This document shows, piece by piece, positions 29,038 to 39,643 of a stretch of DNA of 64,000 nucleotides. The number at the start of each line of letters is the position of its first letter. Position 1 is the first letter of the stretch. Source of the stretch: Candidatus Poribacteria bacterium. Lineage in GTDB: Bacteria > Poribacteria > WGA-4E > WGA-3G. Below the pieces are notes generated by a model. That model saw nothing but the letters and a program-made list of their open reading frames with translations, made no database searches and had not been told where the DNA came from. The stretch covers positions 2,560,001 to 2,624,000 of the forward strand of contig CBDANF010000003.1 of the NCBI GenBank assembly GCA_965197475.1, read 5' to 3'. The position numbers and the translations under genes were made by a program.

Positions 29038-30045
29038 ATGCAAAAAAGACCGTATCATTTTTTATATACAGTGGGTTGTATTGTTCTCGTTGCGCTAATA
29101 ATTTTCACAGGCTGTGGTGATAAACAGAACAAGAAATGGCTTTCAATTTATGGGGGTGTGATAGGAGGAAGTTTCTCGCAATTTGCTGGAGGCATAAACC
29201 AGATTGTTAAACATCAGGAATTGGATCTAAAAATATCTGTTGTTGCTTCCGCTGGCTCAATTGAAAATACGCGACGTATCAACAAGGATAAGAACGCCCT
29301 CGGTGTCGTTTTTGCATCAGAGAGTTCTCTCGGTTACCACGGACAAGAGATTTTCGCAGAGGAGGGACCAAAAACGAATATACGGATGGTGACGCTACTT
29401 TATTTTGCCTACGGTCAATTTTCTACTCTCGAAAATAGTAATTTACGCCAGTTTGAAGACATTGTAGGAAATAAAATTGCTTGTGGTGCCCCTGGATCGG
29501 GCACAGCGCAGACATTAGAACGTCTTGCAAAGTCGGCAGGCATCTGGGGCAAATTTACGCCAATTTATAGAGGCGGCACAGCTGGTGCCCAAGCTCTTCA
29601 AGATGGACAGGTAGGGGGATTCTTATGGCTGGTCAGTGTGCCGAATAGTGCAATTATTGAGTTAACAGCGGTAAAATCCATCCGAATGATCGATCTTGAC
29701 ACACCTGCTAAAGAGTCCGATTTCTATGAAAAATACCCTTTCTATTTTCCAGGAAGCATGCCAGAGGGTGCTTATGAAGGGAAAGTTGAATCGGTAAAAA
29801 CGATTTTAATGCCCACCGTCCTGATTGCCAACAAAGCAGTACTTGAGGAAACTGTTTATACCATTCTAAAGCATGTTTATTCTGCCGAGGGACATCAAAC
29901 GATGCTGCAAACAAATCAAGCAGCAGCAGATATGACAATAGAGAATGCCCCGAAGGCATTTGTAATTCCGCTGCACAGCGGTGCCTACAAGTTTTGGAGT
30001 GAACAAGGTGTGGAAATCCCAGATCAAGCAATGCCAGTGGATTAA
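29038..30045 (+). CDS. TAXI-family TRAP transporter solute-binding lipoprotein
   Basis: Lipobox FTGC, SAGSIEN, GAPGSGT, IPLHSGA.KFW.E.G. Confidence 0.9.
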   Translation: MQKRPYHFLYTVGCIVLVALIIFTGCGDKQNKKWLSIYGGVIGGSFSQFAGGINQIVKHQELDLKISVVASAGSIENTRRINKDKNALGVVFASESSLGYHGQEIFAEEGPKTNIRMVTLLYFAYGQFSTLENSNLRQFEDIVGNKIACGAPGSGTAQTLERLAKSAGIWGKFTPIYRGGTAGAQALQDGQVGGFLWLVSVPNSAIIELTAVKSIRMIDLDTPAKESDFYEKYPFYFPGSMPEGAYEGKVESVKTILMPTVLIANKAVLEETVYTILKHVYSAEGHQTMLQTNQAAADMTIENAPKAFVIPLHSGAYKFWSEQGVEIPDQAMPVD

Positions 30046-30112
30046 CAGAAATTTATTTCACTTTTAAAACTTGCATTAAATGTCAGAACGTGATATAATA
30101 CAATTGAAATAA

Positions 30113-30195
30113 CATTATGGGGTGCTCTTACCAGATTAAGAGCTGAGAAAACACCCTTTGAACCTGATCTGGGTCATGCCAGCGTAGGGAAATAC
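30113..30195 (+). promoter_or_regulatory. TPP riboswitch
   Basis: GGGGTGC..GCTGAGA..ACCCTTTGAACCTGATCTGGGTCATGCCAGCGTAGGGAA upstream of thi genes; promoter TTGCAT-17-TATAAT at 30071-30099. Confidence 0.95.
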
Positions 30196-30328
30196 AAAAA
30201 CGAAATTGCGCGCCTCCTATCATGAGGCACTCAGCCGCTTCTTTTTTGGTGCTGCCAAGGCATGGATAAACCATTGGCATGTTCCCTATACCAAAAACGG
30301 AAGACGGCTTTTGCTGTTAAGAGAACAG

Positions 30329-31102
30329 ATGCGTATGTTCAGCAAATTTGTATTGCCAGTGGTTATCCTATTGACTGTGTTGGGAATATGGGAAGCAGCA
30401 GTATACTTTTTCAATATAAAGCGTATTATTCTGCCAACACCCTCAAAAATTTTAGTGACACTATTCGTAGAACGCGGACAATTGCTGAAACATACGCTCG
30501 TGACACTACAGGAAATGCTCCTCGGGTTTGCCCTTGCCGTAAGCATCGGTATACCATTAGCAGTATTGATGTCAGAGTTTCCGGTGCTTGAAAAAGCTTT
30601 CTATCCCTACGTTATTGGTTCACAAACAGTACCAGTGTTTGCGATTGCGCCTCTTTTGGTAATGTGGTTTGGATTCGGGATTGCTTCAAAAGTTGTTATG
30701 GCAGCGATAATCGTATTTTTTGCAATTGTCCTGAATACATTAGATGGCTTGAAGTCCGCCGATCCCGACACGGTCAATCTCTTTCGTATTCTCCGAGCAA
30801 CACGGTGGCAGATTCTTTGGAAAGTACGCATTCCATCAGCACTGCCGTTTATCTTCTCAGGAGCAAAGATCGGTATATCAATTTCCACGATTGGGGCGGT
30901 GATAGGTGAATGGGTAGGAGCAAGTGCTGGACTTGGTTACCTCATGTTGTATGCGAATGCGCAGCTCCAGATTTCACTTATGTTCGCGGCTATTTTCTGC
31001 CTAACACTGTTAGGTTTAAGTCTTTTTGCACTGATGACGTTGCTGGAAAGATTCGCAATGCCGTGGCGACGGCATCAGAAAAACATATCAGATGTCCGAT
31101 AA
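30329..31102 (+). CDS. thiX: ABC permease, ThiX/NitT/TauC type (pyrimidine precursor uptake)
   Basis: ILPTPS, QTVPVFAIAPL..WFGFG, EAA-like loop, GAVIGEWVG...GLGY; under a TPP riboswitch. Confidence 0.85.
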   Translation: MRMFSKFVLPVVILLTVLGIWEAAVYFFNIKRIILPTPSKILVTLFVERGQLLKHTLVTLQEMLLGFALAVSIGIPLAVLMSEFPVLEKAFYPYVIGSQTVPVFAIAPLLVMWFGFGIASKVVMAAIIVFFAIVLNTLDGLKSADPDTVNLFRILRATRWQILWKVRIPSALPFIFSGAKIGISISTIGAVIGEWVGASAGLGYLMLYANAQLQISLMFAAIFCLTLLGLSLFALMTLLERFAMPWRRHQKNISDVR

Positions 31103-31105
31103 GTG

Positions 31106-31260
31106 TACAGTCTATCTCATAAATCGTTAAACACGGTTCTGTTCAGAGGATCCAACTTCATCGTAGGGGCGGGTCTCTGTGCCCGCCCGTTGTTTCCGTT
31201 CTCAAGACATGGCGAGGCACAGAGACCTCGCCCTACAAATGATTTATGAGATACGCTCTA
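31106..31260. mobile_element. MITE with REP hairpin pair
   Basis: IR tacagtctatctcataaatc / gatttatgagatacgctcta around gtaggggcgggtctctgtgccc...ggcacagagacctcgccctac. Confidence 0.7.
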
Positions 31261-31354
31261 TTCAAATCACTGCGGAGAAATTTCATTTGTAGTGTAGAGT
31301 TATTTAGTTTTCGGTATTTCTGCTATATTTTTTCACATTTCTATATAACTACCT

Positions 31355-31453
31355 GTCCGTCGGGTAGAGCTTGCGAAACCCGACACGCTTAGTTCCTGTC
31401 GGGTTTCACTACCGCTCTACCCGACGGACGAAATAAACTATGAGTAACACTCA
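31355..31453. repeat. REP-like paired palindrome
   Basis: gtccgtcgggtagagc..gaaacccgaca..tgtcgggtttc..gctctacccgacggac. Confidence 0.75.
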
Positions 31454-31653
31454 TCAACTAATAATTTTTAAAACTAAATAACCCTGTTTGTAGTATGTTG
31501 TTAATTGTGAAATCTATCATAGAAATGGTATAATACAAGTTTTGGATTTTTTATAAAACTGTGAAATTCAATAATTGAAGTTCGGTTTCAGAATGCAGTC
31601 ACGCAACCTGTCATAAACTGAATTCTCACTCCCGAAAATAGGAGGGATTTCTG

Positions 31654-33222
31654 ATGAAAATGAATTTATGTACTACGCTTCTCTTTACACTGTTTTTGTT
31701 TTCAATGTCCTATCTATCTCCTTGCATCGCCCAAGAGTATATGACCGGTCCATGGCTTTGGATGATCGCCCCAACCGAACCAGATCAGGGGGGCGCGGCT
31801 TCCACCGATGTGGATTCACTTGCAGTTGCCAGTGACGGCGACATTACAGAGATAGATGTTGCGACTAACGGTGCAAACGTCGGAGACTTCGTTGGCAATT
31901 ATGCGTGGACACTCGATCAACTTCGCTTTGATGGAATTGAAAACACCTATAATTTCGTCGGTGATATTGATAACCTTACGGATCTTTTCGAGAAATTGGG
32001 ATGGGCAGATGGTGAAGTGTTTGATCATTCAGCTTATGCTTTGATTACGCTTGAATCTACGCTTGCCCGGAATGGTGTGACGATGAGAGTTGGCAGTGAT
32101 GACTCTGTAAAAGTATGGCTCAACGGAGAGGTGGTTCATAAAAACTCAGTCGACCGAGGCTCAGGGGGCTATCAAGATACATTTCAAGTTAACCTAAAAC
32201 AGGGTAATAACTTGTTGTTAATGAAGGTAAGTCAAGCTTGGGGAAATTGGAGTATGTTCGTCGGTGTGGATGCCGATGTAAAAGCAATCTATAAAGCTCC
32301 ACTGTCCGAAATGGAGAAGGTTACGTTGCTTCTGGATTGGTTTCCGAATGTAGATCATGCTCCCCTTTATGTTGCGCAACAGAATAAAACTTTTGCCAAA
32401 CATGGGTTAGAGGTCGAATTGCGATGGGGTGGTGATCCGAATGCCCCGTTGAAACTTGTGGCAGCTGGAAAAGCACCATTTGCAGTAAGCTACCAACAGA
32501 GCGTGACAATTGCACGAGCAAGCGAAGAGGTTCTACCCGTCAAATCGATCGGGCTACTTGTTGAACATCCGCTCAACACAATCAGTTTTTTGAAAAAGTC
32601 GGGCATTAAAACCCCGGCAGATTTCAAAGGAAAAAAGATCGGATACACGGTCGCACCGTTGGATGTACTTCTGTTTAATGCGATCGCTGCAAACGCCGGA
32701 TTAACAAAAGATGACTATGAATTGATAAACATAGGTACGAATATTATGACACCCCTCGTGAGTGGTCAGATTGATGCAGTCATCGGACCATTTCGGAACT
32801 ACGAAATTAATATGCTGAAACTTGAAGGTGAAGAAGCCGATTTTTTCGCTCTTGAGAAACACGGTATTCCGGACTATTATGAGTTAGTCATTATTTCTAA
32901 TGACGCTTTTTTAGAAAAGCATCCAGAGACCGCTAAAAAACTGATGATGGCAATTCAGGAAGCAATTAAATTTACGAAAAAGAATCCTGACAATGCGCTG
33001 CAACTCTTTTTTAAGGCAAATCCTGATGCGCGAAAAGATTTAGAAGAACTCGCTTTTCGGGATACGTTGGACCTATTTGCCACAACACAGGTACAGTCCA
33101 AAGAAAAGTGGGAGGCTTTCACGAAATTCGCACTTGAAAAAGGATTGATTTCCAAAGCAGTCAAGGTAGAAGACCTCTTCATCAATTTATTAGAAGAAGA
33201 AACGGCTGCCCCCAAGCGTTAA
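31654..33222 (+). CDS. thiY: ThiY/NMT1-family substrate-binding protein fused to an extra N-terminal beta-sandwich domain
   Basis: C-terminal ~300 aa LDWFPNVDHAP, FAVSYQ, FRNYE, G.PDYYEL; N-terminal ~200 aa with GSDDSVKVWLNG...LKQGNNLLLMKV. Confidence 0.85.
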   Translation: MKMNLCTTLLFTLFLFSMSYLSPCIAQEYMTGPWLWMIAPTEPDQGGAASTDVDSLAVASDGDITEIDVATNGANVGDFVGNYAWTLDQLRFDGIENTYNFVGDIDNLTDLFEKLGWADGEVFDHSAYALITLESTLARNGVTMRVGSDDSVKVWLNGEVVHKNSVDRGSGGYQDTFQVNLKQGNNLLLMKVSQAWGNWSMFVGVDADVKAIYKAPLSEMEKVTLLLDWFPNVDHAPLYVAQQNKTFAKHGLEVELRWGGDPNAPLKLVAAGKAPFAVSYQQSVTIARASEEVLPVKSIGLLVEHPLNTISFLKKSGIKTPADFKGKKIGYTVAPLDVLLFNAIAANAGLTKDDYELINIGTNIMTPLVSGQIDAVIGPFRNYEINMLKLEGEEADFFALEKHGIPDYYELVIISNDAFLEKHPETAKKLMMAIQEAIKFTKKNPDNALQLFFKANPDARKDLEELAFRDTLDLFATTQVQSKEKWEAFTKFALEKGLISKAVKVEDLFINLLEEETAAPKR

Positions 33223-34358
33223 TGGCAAACAAAAACATAATTCTCATCGGTGGCGGTGCGATTGGACTCGGTATCGGGTGGCAACTCACAAAGGCAGAGG
33301 CATCAGTCACCATTTTTGAACGCGACCGGGCCGGGCGGGCCGCCTCTTGGGCTGCAGCAGGGATGCTTGCGCCCCTTGCCGAAGCGCATACGGAAGAACC
33401 GGAACTGCTGAAGTTAGGAAGTGAAAGTTTAGCACGCTATCCACAATGGGTTGACGAATTAGAAGCAGATGCACAGATGACCATTGGCTATCGGGTGGAA
33501 GGCACGCTTGTTGTCGGATTGGATACTGATGATACGCATCAACTGCGACATCTTTACACGGCACAACAGCACTTAGGTTTGGATGTGCAGTGGTTAAGCG
33601 GACGAGAGGCGCGGGACATTGAACCAGCACTCTCGCCGCGTGTCACCGCTGCGATTCACTGTGCAACCGACTATCAGGTTGACAATAGGTTGATGGTCAA
33701 GGCACTCCAACGTGCTTATCAGGCGTGCGGTGGTGTGTTGCATGAAAATAGCACTGTTGAAAGAGTCGACATAAAGAATGGCGTGGCGAATGGTATCCAT
33801 ACACAAGAAGGATTCTATGCTGCAGATGTCGTTATTCTTTCAGCTGGATGCTGGTCAGCACAGGTTGAAGGTTTACCAGATGCTATCCGACCGATGGTAC
33901 GTCCCGTCAAAGGCCAAATGTTGGCATTGCAGATGGAAGAGGGTATTGATGTAAAAACAGTTATCCGCACCGTACGTGCAAGGTATCCGACCTCAGTATA
34001 TCTGGTGCCGCGATCTGATGGTAGACTTATCGTCGGCGCGACGAGTGAAGAGATGGGGTTTGATACCCGATTAACCGCGGGGGGTATGTTTGAATTGCTT
34101 CGCGGCGCGTGGGAAGTGGTGCCGGGTGTTTATGAATTGCCCATCATGGAAACTTGGGCAGGATTGCGTCCCGGTAGCAGAGACAATGCACCTATACTTG
34201 GCAAAACACCAGTTAAAAATCTCATATATGCCACAGGACATTATCGCAACGGCATCTTACTTACCCCAATTACGGCTTACGAGATTACTAAACTGATTTT
34301 GACCGGTGAGATGTCAGAAACTATCGCTCCATTTCAGTTAGAAAGGTTTTTAAGATAA
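33222..34358 (+). CDS. thiO: Glycine oxidase
   Basis: GGGAIG, ASWAAAGMLAP, PVKGQ, WAGLRP, GHYRNGILL.P. Confidence 0.95.
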   Translation: MANKNIILIGGGAIGLGIGWQLTKAEASVTIFERDRAGRAASWAAAGMLAPLAEAHTEEPELLKLGSESLARYPQWVDELEADAQMTIGYRVEGTLVVGLDTDDTHQLRHLYTAQQHLGLDVQWLSGREARDIEPALSPRVTAAIHCATDYQVDNRLMVKALQRAYQACGGVLHENSTVERVDIKNGVANGIHTQEGFYAADVVILSAGCWSAQVEGLPDAIRPMVRPVKGQMLALQMEEGIDVKTVIRTVRARYPTSVYLVPRSDGRLIVGATSEEMGFDTRLTAGGMFELLRGAWEVVPGVYELPIMETWAGLRPGSRDNAPILGKTPVKNLIYATGHYRNGILLTPITAYEITKLILTGEMSETIAPFQLERFLR

Positions 34359-34364
34359 CAAGAG

Positions 34365-34580
34365 GTGTTGAAAATGCATATACACGTGAATGGCGAAGGT
34401 AGAGAAGTACGCCTCAATTTGAATGTCTACGAATTGCTCATAGACTTAGAGGTGAGTCCGGATCAGTCCGGCATAGCAGTTGCAGTCAATAGAGAAGTTA
34501 TTCCGAAAACGATATGGAAAAAGATAGAACTTCGCGAGGATAGTGAGGTTGAGATTATCCGGGCAGTTCAGGGTGGTTAA
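34365..34580 (+). CDS. thiS: Sulfur carrier protein
   Basis: VNGE, AVAVN.EVIP, C-terminal EIIRAVQGG. Confidence 0.95.
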   Translation: MLKMHIHVNGEGREVRLNLNVYELLIDLEVSPDQSGIAVAVNREVIPKTIWKKIELREDSEVEIIRAVQGG

Positions 34581-34671
34581 TGGCGGATTCGGAGTGCTGA
34601 CAAAACGCATAGCAGATTTTGTAGTTATGAAATGTATTGATAAAGAGGTATGGAATCTGTTATACTAAAAA

Positions 34672-34976
34672 ATGAAATACGGTTTATCTGATCAGACGCT
34701 CCAAAAATTCGCGATGTGTTCGTTTGATATCCGCAGGTAGAGGATGTTGTGTTATACGGTTCTCGCGCAAGAGCCGACTACAAAAACGGTACTGACATAG
34801 ATATGACACTCCACGGTGGAAATGCATTAAAACACACAATCCTCTCCAAGATAGCAAATGATCTTGACAATTAGTTGCTGCCTTATACTATTGATCTGTC
34901 TATCTTCAAGAATATCAGTAATCCAGATTTACTAAAGCAAATTGTGCGTGCTGGTGAATCAATTTATAAAAAATAG
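34672..34976 (+). pseudogene. Degraded minimal nucleotidyltransferase (MNT, HI0073-like)
   Basis: MKYGLS..(frameshift)..YPQVEDVVLYGSRARADYKNGTDID...LLPYTIDL...I.R.G with internal stops. Confidence 0.8.
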
Positions 34977-34978
34977 GC

Positions 34979-35761
34979 GTGGGACGAAAATTGCAAGAAC
35001 TCAAAATCGCAGATCAAACATATACATCAAGGCTACTTATCGGAACAGCGGCATATCCGAATTTTCATATCATGACAGAGGCTATTGTGGCAAGCGGTGC
35101 GGAAATTGCCACAATATCAATGCGTCGCGTGAAATTTACGGATACACCCGGCGAAAATCTGTTCGCGCTCCTGCGTGAACGTGGTATGACGATCCTTCCC
35201 AATACCGCAGGTTGTTTCACGGCAAAGGACGCTATTCTGACAGCGCAGCTTGCGCGTGAAGCACTTGAAACAACGCTGATTAAACTTGAAGTTATCGGAG
35301 ATGAACAGACGTTATTTCCAGATGTAGAGCAGCTTCTCAACGCAGCAGAGACGCTTGTAAAAGATGGATTTACTGTGCTACCTTATTGTAACGACGATCC
35401 GATCACCTGTAAGAAATTAGAGGATATCGGGTGCGCCGCCGTGATGCCGTTGGGTGCACCGATCGGTTCTGGGATGGGGATACGCAATCCGTATAATATT
35501 CAGATTATCCGAGACTTGGTGCAAGTACCGCTTATCGTTGATGCAGGGGTCGGGACTGCCTCAGATGCAGCGATTGCGATGGAATTAGGGTGTGAGGGTG
35601 TTCTGCTCAACACTGCGGTAGCGAAAGCACATCGTCCCGTGCTAATGGCAGAAGCGATGAAAAAAGCGGTCGAAGCTGGTAGAGCCGCGTACTTAGCTGG
35701 ACGCATTCCACGAAAACTCTACGCGACTACTTCAAGTCCACAAGATGGCATGATTGAGTAA
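34979..35761 (+). CDS. thiG: Thiazole synthase
   Basis: [39 protein letters not shown]. Confidence 0.97.
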   Translation: MGRKLQELKIADQTYTSRLLIGTAAYPNFHIMTEAIVASGAEIATISMRRVKFTDTPGENLFALLRERGMTILPNTAGCFTAKDAILTAQLAREALETTLIKLEVIGDEQTLFPDVEQLLNAAETLVKDGFTVLPYCNDDPITCKKLEDIGCAAVMPLGAPIGSGMGIRNPYNIQIIRDLVQVPLIVDAGVGTASDAAIAMELGCEGVLLNTAVAKAHRPVLMAEAMKKAVEAGRAAYLAGRIPRKLYATTSSPQDGMIE

Positions 35762-35791
35762 AAAGCGAAACACCTATGATTTATAAACATT

Positions 35792-37069
35792 GTGTCCCTT
35801 TGGGGTAAGGGACACAGCAATGTTTCAACCACAATAGAATTGGAGTCGCCATTGAAAAAGATAACACTCTCTTTTTGGATAGGTGTATTCATCTGCAACC
35901 TACTACTCGCGGGACAATTCCATCTCGCTTTTGCACAATTTCAGAGCGAATTCGGACAGGAGCTGCTACAACTTGAACCCGAAACACCCGAAACTAACCC
36001 CACAAAACTGACAATTGATGCACACCTCTCCAATACCTTTAACAATCATATTGAACTTGGATTAAGCGTTGATCCCTATACCAGCAGCCTCGCTGGACAA
36101 GAAAGTCCACAACTTGAGGGTATAATTAACCGGTTAGGTGTAAATTTGCGTGGCGATCTACCGATTCTGGATAATAAACTCCGACTCAAGCTACAATACT
36201 TCCCCCAGCTCGAAAACTACATAGGGGCATCAGGGAAACTTAACGAATTTGATGCGTTCTCTGATGTTTCATCAAGTGAACTAAGTTTTCGTCCGTTTTC
36301 AAGTTTACCCGAATTTGCAGTCTCTAATCAGTTTCAACGCTTGAAGCGAACACTGAATGTCTACAACAACATCGAACAGCAGATCAGTCTCCGCTTTGGG
36401 CGTGTTTTAGAATATAATCTGCGAATTCACCGATTTGACGATGAATCCCAACTGAGAGAGGATTTCCTGCTAATCGGTTCTATGAACCATAAGGCAACTA
36501 CACGTCTTCAATTCGGATTGCTCAAACAGATGTTAGGCAAAGTAGAGTATGCAATTGAATATGGGCGTTACCAAACCAATTTGAACAATCTCATCTTAGG
36601 ATTTGCAAAGATTGAAGAAGGCCAACGTCGGACAGATTGGCGACATTTCGGTGCTGCGAAGTTGATACAAACAGCAGTGGAACGTTTCGTTTTCCAAGAG
36701 GAAATTAACCTCTTTTTAAACCGTTCCAACATAGACTTCTTTAACTTCGCGAGTGCTGAAGCAGCGTTGAGCACATTTTATAGGTTTGACACAGGACGTT
36801 GGGTTCGACTCCGATTCTCCCGTCTCTGGGTGTGGTTTGAAGGCAGACAAATTCGGGATGAGACCGGTCTTATACTGGAAGATGCTGAAAATCGTAGTGA
36901 TACGCAATTCGGTTTGACAGCGCAGTTTAACTGGAAATTCACGTCTTATCTGACGTTGAGTGCTGACTACCAATTCACCCAAAACCACACGAATGAGTTA
37001 GACCCGATACTCAATTTCCTCAACTATAATCATAGTATTGTAAGTTTAACGGTGCGCGGAAATTATTAG
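35792..37069 (+). CDS. Hypothetical exported protein, probable outer-membrane beta-barrel
   Basis: Signal peptide (start probably 35852), amphipathic strands, C-terminal Y. Confidence 0.6.
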   Translation: MSLWGKGHSNVSTTIELESPLKKITLSFWIGVFICNLLLAGQFHLAFAQFQSEFGQELLQLEPETPETNPTKLTIDAHLSNTFNNHIELGLSVDPYTSSLAGQESPQLEGIINRLGVNLRGDLPILDNKLRLKLQYFPQLENYIGASGKLNEFDAFSDVSSSELSFRPFSSLPEFAVSNQFQRLKRTLNVYNNIEQQISLRFGRVLEYNLRIHRFDDESQLREDFLLIGSMNHKATTRLQFGLLKQMLGKVEYAIEYGRYQTNLNNLILGFAKIEEGQRRTDWRHFGAAKLIQTAVERFVFQEEINLFLNRSNIDFFNFASAEAALSTFYRFDTGRWVRLRFSRLWVWFEGRQIRDETGLILEDAENRSDTQFGLTAQFNWKFTSYLTLSADYQFTQNHTNELDPILNFLNYNHSIVSLTVRGNY

Positions 37070-37073
37070 AATT

Positions 37074-37490
37074 AACGTGAGTTCAAAATAAGAATTCAAG
37101 TATATCTGTAGGTGGGGTAGAGCGGTAAAAAACAATCTGCTGCTACCAAGTTTTCACGGGGGTTATGCGTTTCAGTGCCTATTGTATGGATAGGTATAGC
37201 GAAACCCAACAATTAACCGCCGCAACATGAAAGTGTGTTAGGTTTCACGTTGTTCTACCCATAGGTGTCAATTTAAGAAAAAATGTTTTATGGGTGGTGT
37301 ATAGCCCCAGAGGGGCGGAATGTGTATAGAAAACGGTGTCAAATACCCTCTTGAACTCCGACAAATACCATACGCGCATTTGGCGTTGATTCGCGGGGCA
37401 GCATGCGCGTATGGCATGCTGCATGAGGTGTATAGATACGCGGTAAAACAAACTCTTGAGTTATACACCTTTCGTCCCTCTGGGGTTCAA
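37074..37490. repeat. Cluster of nested REP/MITE fragments
   Basis: IS982-like end taacgtgagttc, GTAG REP (gtaggtggggtagagc..gcgaaacccaac), and IR ccccagaggggcggaa..gtgtata / tatacacctttcgtccctctgggg. Confidence 0.6.
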
Positions 37491-37494
37491 TTCT

Positions 37495-37590
37495 TTAGGG
37501 TATCGTTTTTCTGATTGTACATTCAATTCGCTTCTCTTCATTATATGCCGGTATGACTATTGACAGAGAAATCTGATTGTTAAAATCCAT
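37495..37590 (-). pseudogene. N-terminal stub of a GT2 glycosyltransferase
   Basis: MDFNNQISLSIVIPAYNEEKRI then truncated at the repeat cluster. Confidence 0.7.
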
Positions 37591-37660
37591 TGTGACGTCC
37601 CGTTTCACGTTGATAAGTAATGGACAGCCGACGAAGATGCCATCTGGATGTGAGGAATTC

Positions 37661-38491
37661 TTATGGATCTGGGGTTGCAAAGTCATACCATTCAAGAATG
37701 CGCCAATCTCCACCTTCTCGAAGTTCCAAGACAAAAATCATGCGTCCTGATGGATAGGAATTGCCATGCATGGGCGAGAATAATTTGAGTCCGTAATCGT
37801 AGTCAACCATAGCGAGCGTATCACTCAAGAATTCGATATCTCCACTTCTATAGAGATTCAGTTCAATGCCATCCAATGTATTGAACATATTCAATACCCC
37901 ATTGTGCTCTTGTTGACCGCTCCGAAATATCAGATCATCATCTTGATAGTCAGGTGTGCCCATGTCGCTGACATAGAAGAAGCTATCTTCCCATATCGCG
38001 GACATATACCCTTCAATATCGTAAGTTTCAAGACTATTTCTCCATTGATCCTCAATCGTGGTTTTTATGCGTGAGGTCTCAAGTTCATAATCGATTTCAT
38101 CATTTTCTGCCTCTTCTGAATTGGAATCCTCTTATTCTGTTTCCTCAAGAGTGTCCTCCTCCGTAGGGATGGAAGAAAGCCATGCTTGAAACTCTCTGAT
38201 TTCAGCATCGCTGCTCTGAGCGGTAGGCACGGTCTCTGGAACAGGTATCATTTCTACTTCAGGAGATTCAATGTTTACCTCTTCTTGTTGTGTTTCTGTT
38301 CCCATATCAGAAGTGCTCTGAACAAATGGAGATTTAGTGATTTGCCGTTCCTCTAACTTGACTGTTTTGATGATTCGTTGTGTTCTCTCTACATCAGACG
38401 ATTGGAGTTTCAACACTTGAAATCCAATGAATCCGACAGCAAGAACACCAAGGATACCGATGATTATTTTAACCTTATTTTTCCCTTTCAT
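37661..38491 (-). pseudogene. Frameshifted membrane-anchored protein with NTF2/SnoaL-like C-terminal domain
   Basis: 127-aa and 114-aa ORFs join by a frameshift near 38133 (..DSNSEEAE..YDIEGYMSAIW..GDWRILEW). Confidence 0.6.
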
Positions 38492-38558
38492 TGCTGTGGT
38501 ACCTCCTGAAATCAATTCAGTTGATGTTTGTAAAACAACTTGCAGTCGTTGTACAATT

Positions 38559-39575
38559 TAACGTGAGTTTGATAAATATTTTTAGAAGTTACATATCATT
38601 GGCAACTGACAGTCTTTTTCCTGAAGTTCTTTATGTTTGAGTGAAGGTTTCTTCTTCAGATAGGTATAAGCGATCAAGGCAGAAACTGTGTTCACTTGAA
38701 AGTTAACAGGACTTCTATGTCGTGTGTGTTGTCCCTCTGTCTAACTTTTGAGTTTTTTATTTACGGACTCAACGAGCATCCGTTTCTTCAAGAGTGATGC
38801 ATCAGCATCAGACAAAGGTTCAGGTTTCATATTCGGACGCACTTTGTAAATGAGGGACACGCCTTCTTCTTGGAGTCTCTCCCGCAGATTTTTGGCGATA
38901 TATCCTTTATCAGCAAAAACTTTGCCAAAGAGCCCTTGACACAACTGTGGCACGGGTTGCCTGTCATCTACGTTTCCCCGTGTCACCATAGCGGACAACA
39001 GTTCACCTTGGTCGTTGATGACGATATGTAGTTTGAACCCATAGAACCACCCCATAGAAGTTTTAGCACGACCTGCACACTCAGCGAAGACGCGATGCGC
39101 TGAAATCCGACGATTGTGGCAGACCGGAAGGGGTGTTGAGTCTATGAAGGAAATCCCACGACATTCACCGAAACGGGTGTTCAGAAAAATAGACAACGGA
39201 ACCAATACCTCTTGTGAGAGCTGCACAAAACGACTATAGCTGACAAGTTTTGGAAACGCCCAACGCAACTGGCAGCAAACATAATCCTGATAATAGGCTT
39301 TAAAGTTTTTATACTGCTTCTGATGAAAATGCACAAGTATCGTCATGACTTCGCTCGGATGAAGACACCGAAGTCTGCCACGGGTATTGCTTGTTCCGGG
39401 GATTTCCGGTAACTGGTGTTGTGCTTGATAGTGTTCGGACGCAAGAAAAAAGTCGTCAATTTCACAGAAAAGTGTTATGATATCCATCAGAGAACTCCTT
39501 TGTCCGTATTTGATATACTTCATAATAACAAAGGGGTTCTCTATTTACCAGTTTTTAATTATCAAACTCACGTTA
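38559..39575 (-). mobile_element. IS982-family element with inactivated transposase
   Basis: Perfect 17-bp IR taacgtgagtttgataa / ttatcaaactcacgtta; transposase 39487-38582 (FCEIDDF, IDSTP, WFYGFKLH, ADKGY) with TAG at 38741 before ..HTRHRSPVNF. Confidence 0.92.
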
Positions 39576-39643
39576 TTATAGATTTTAGAATTAACGATAC
39601 ACCGTTGATCGACGCGCTTACAAGCGCGCCTACAGGCAAGTGT

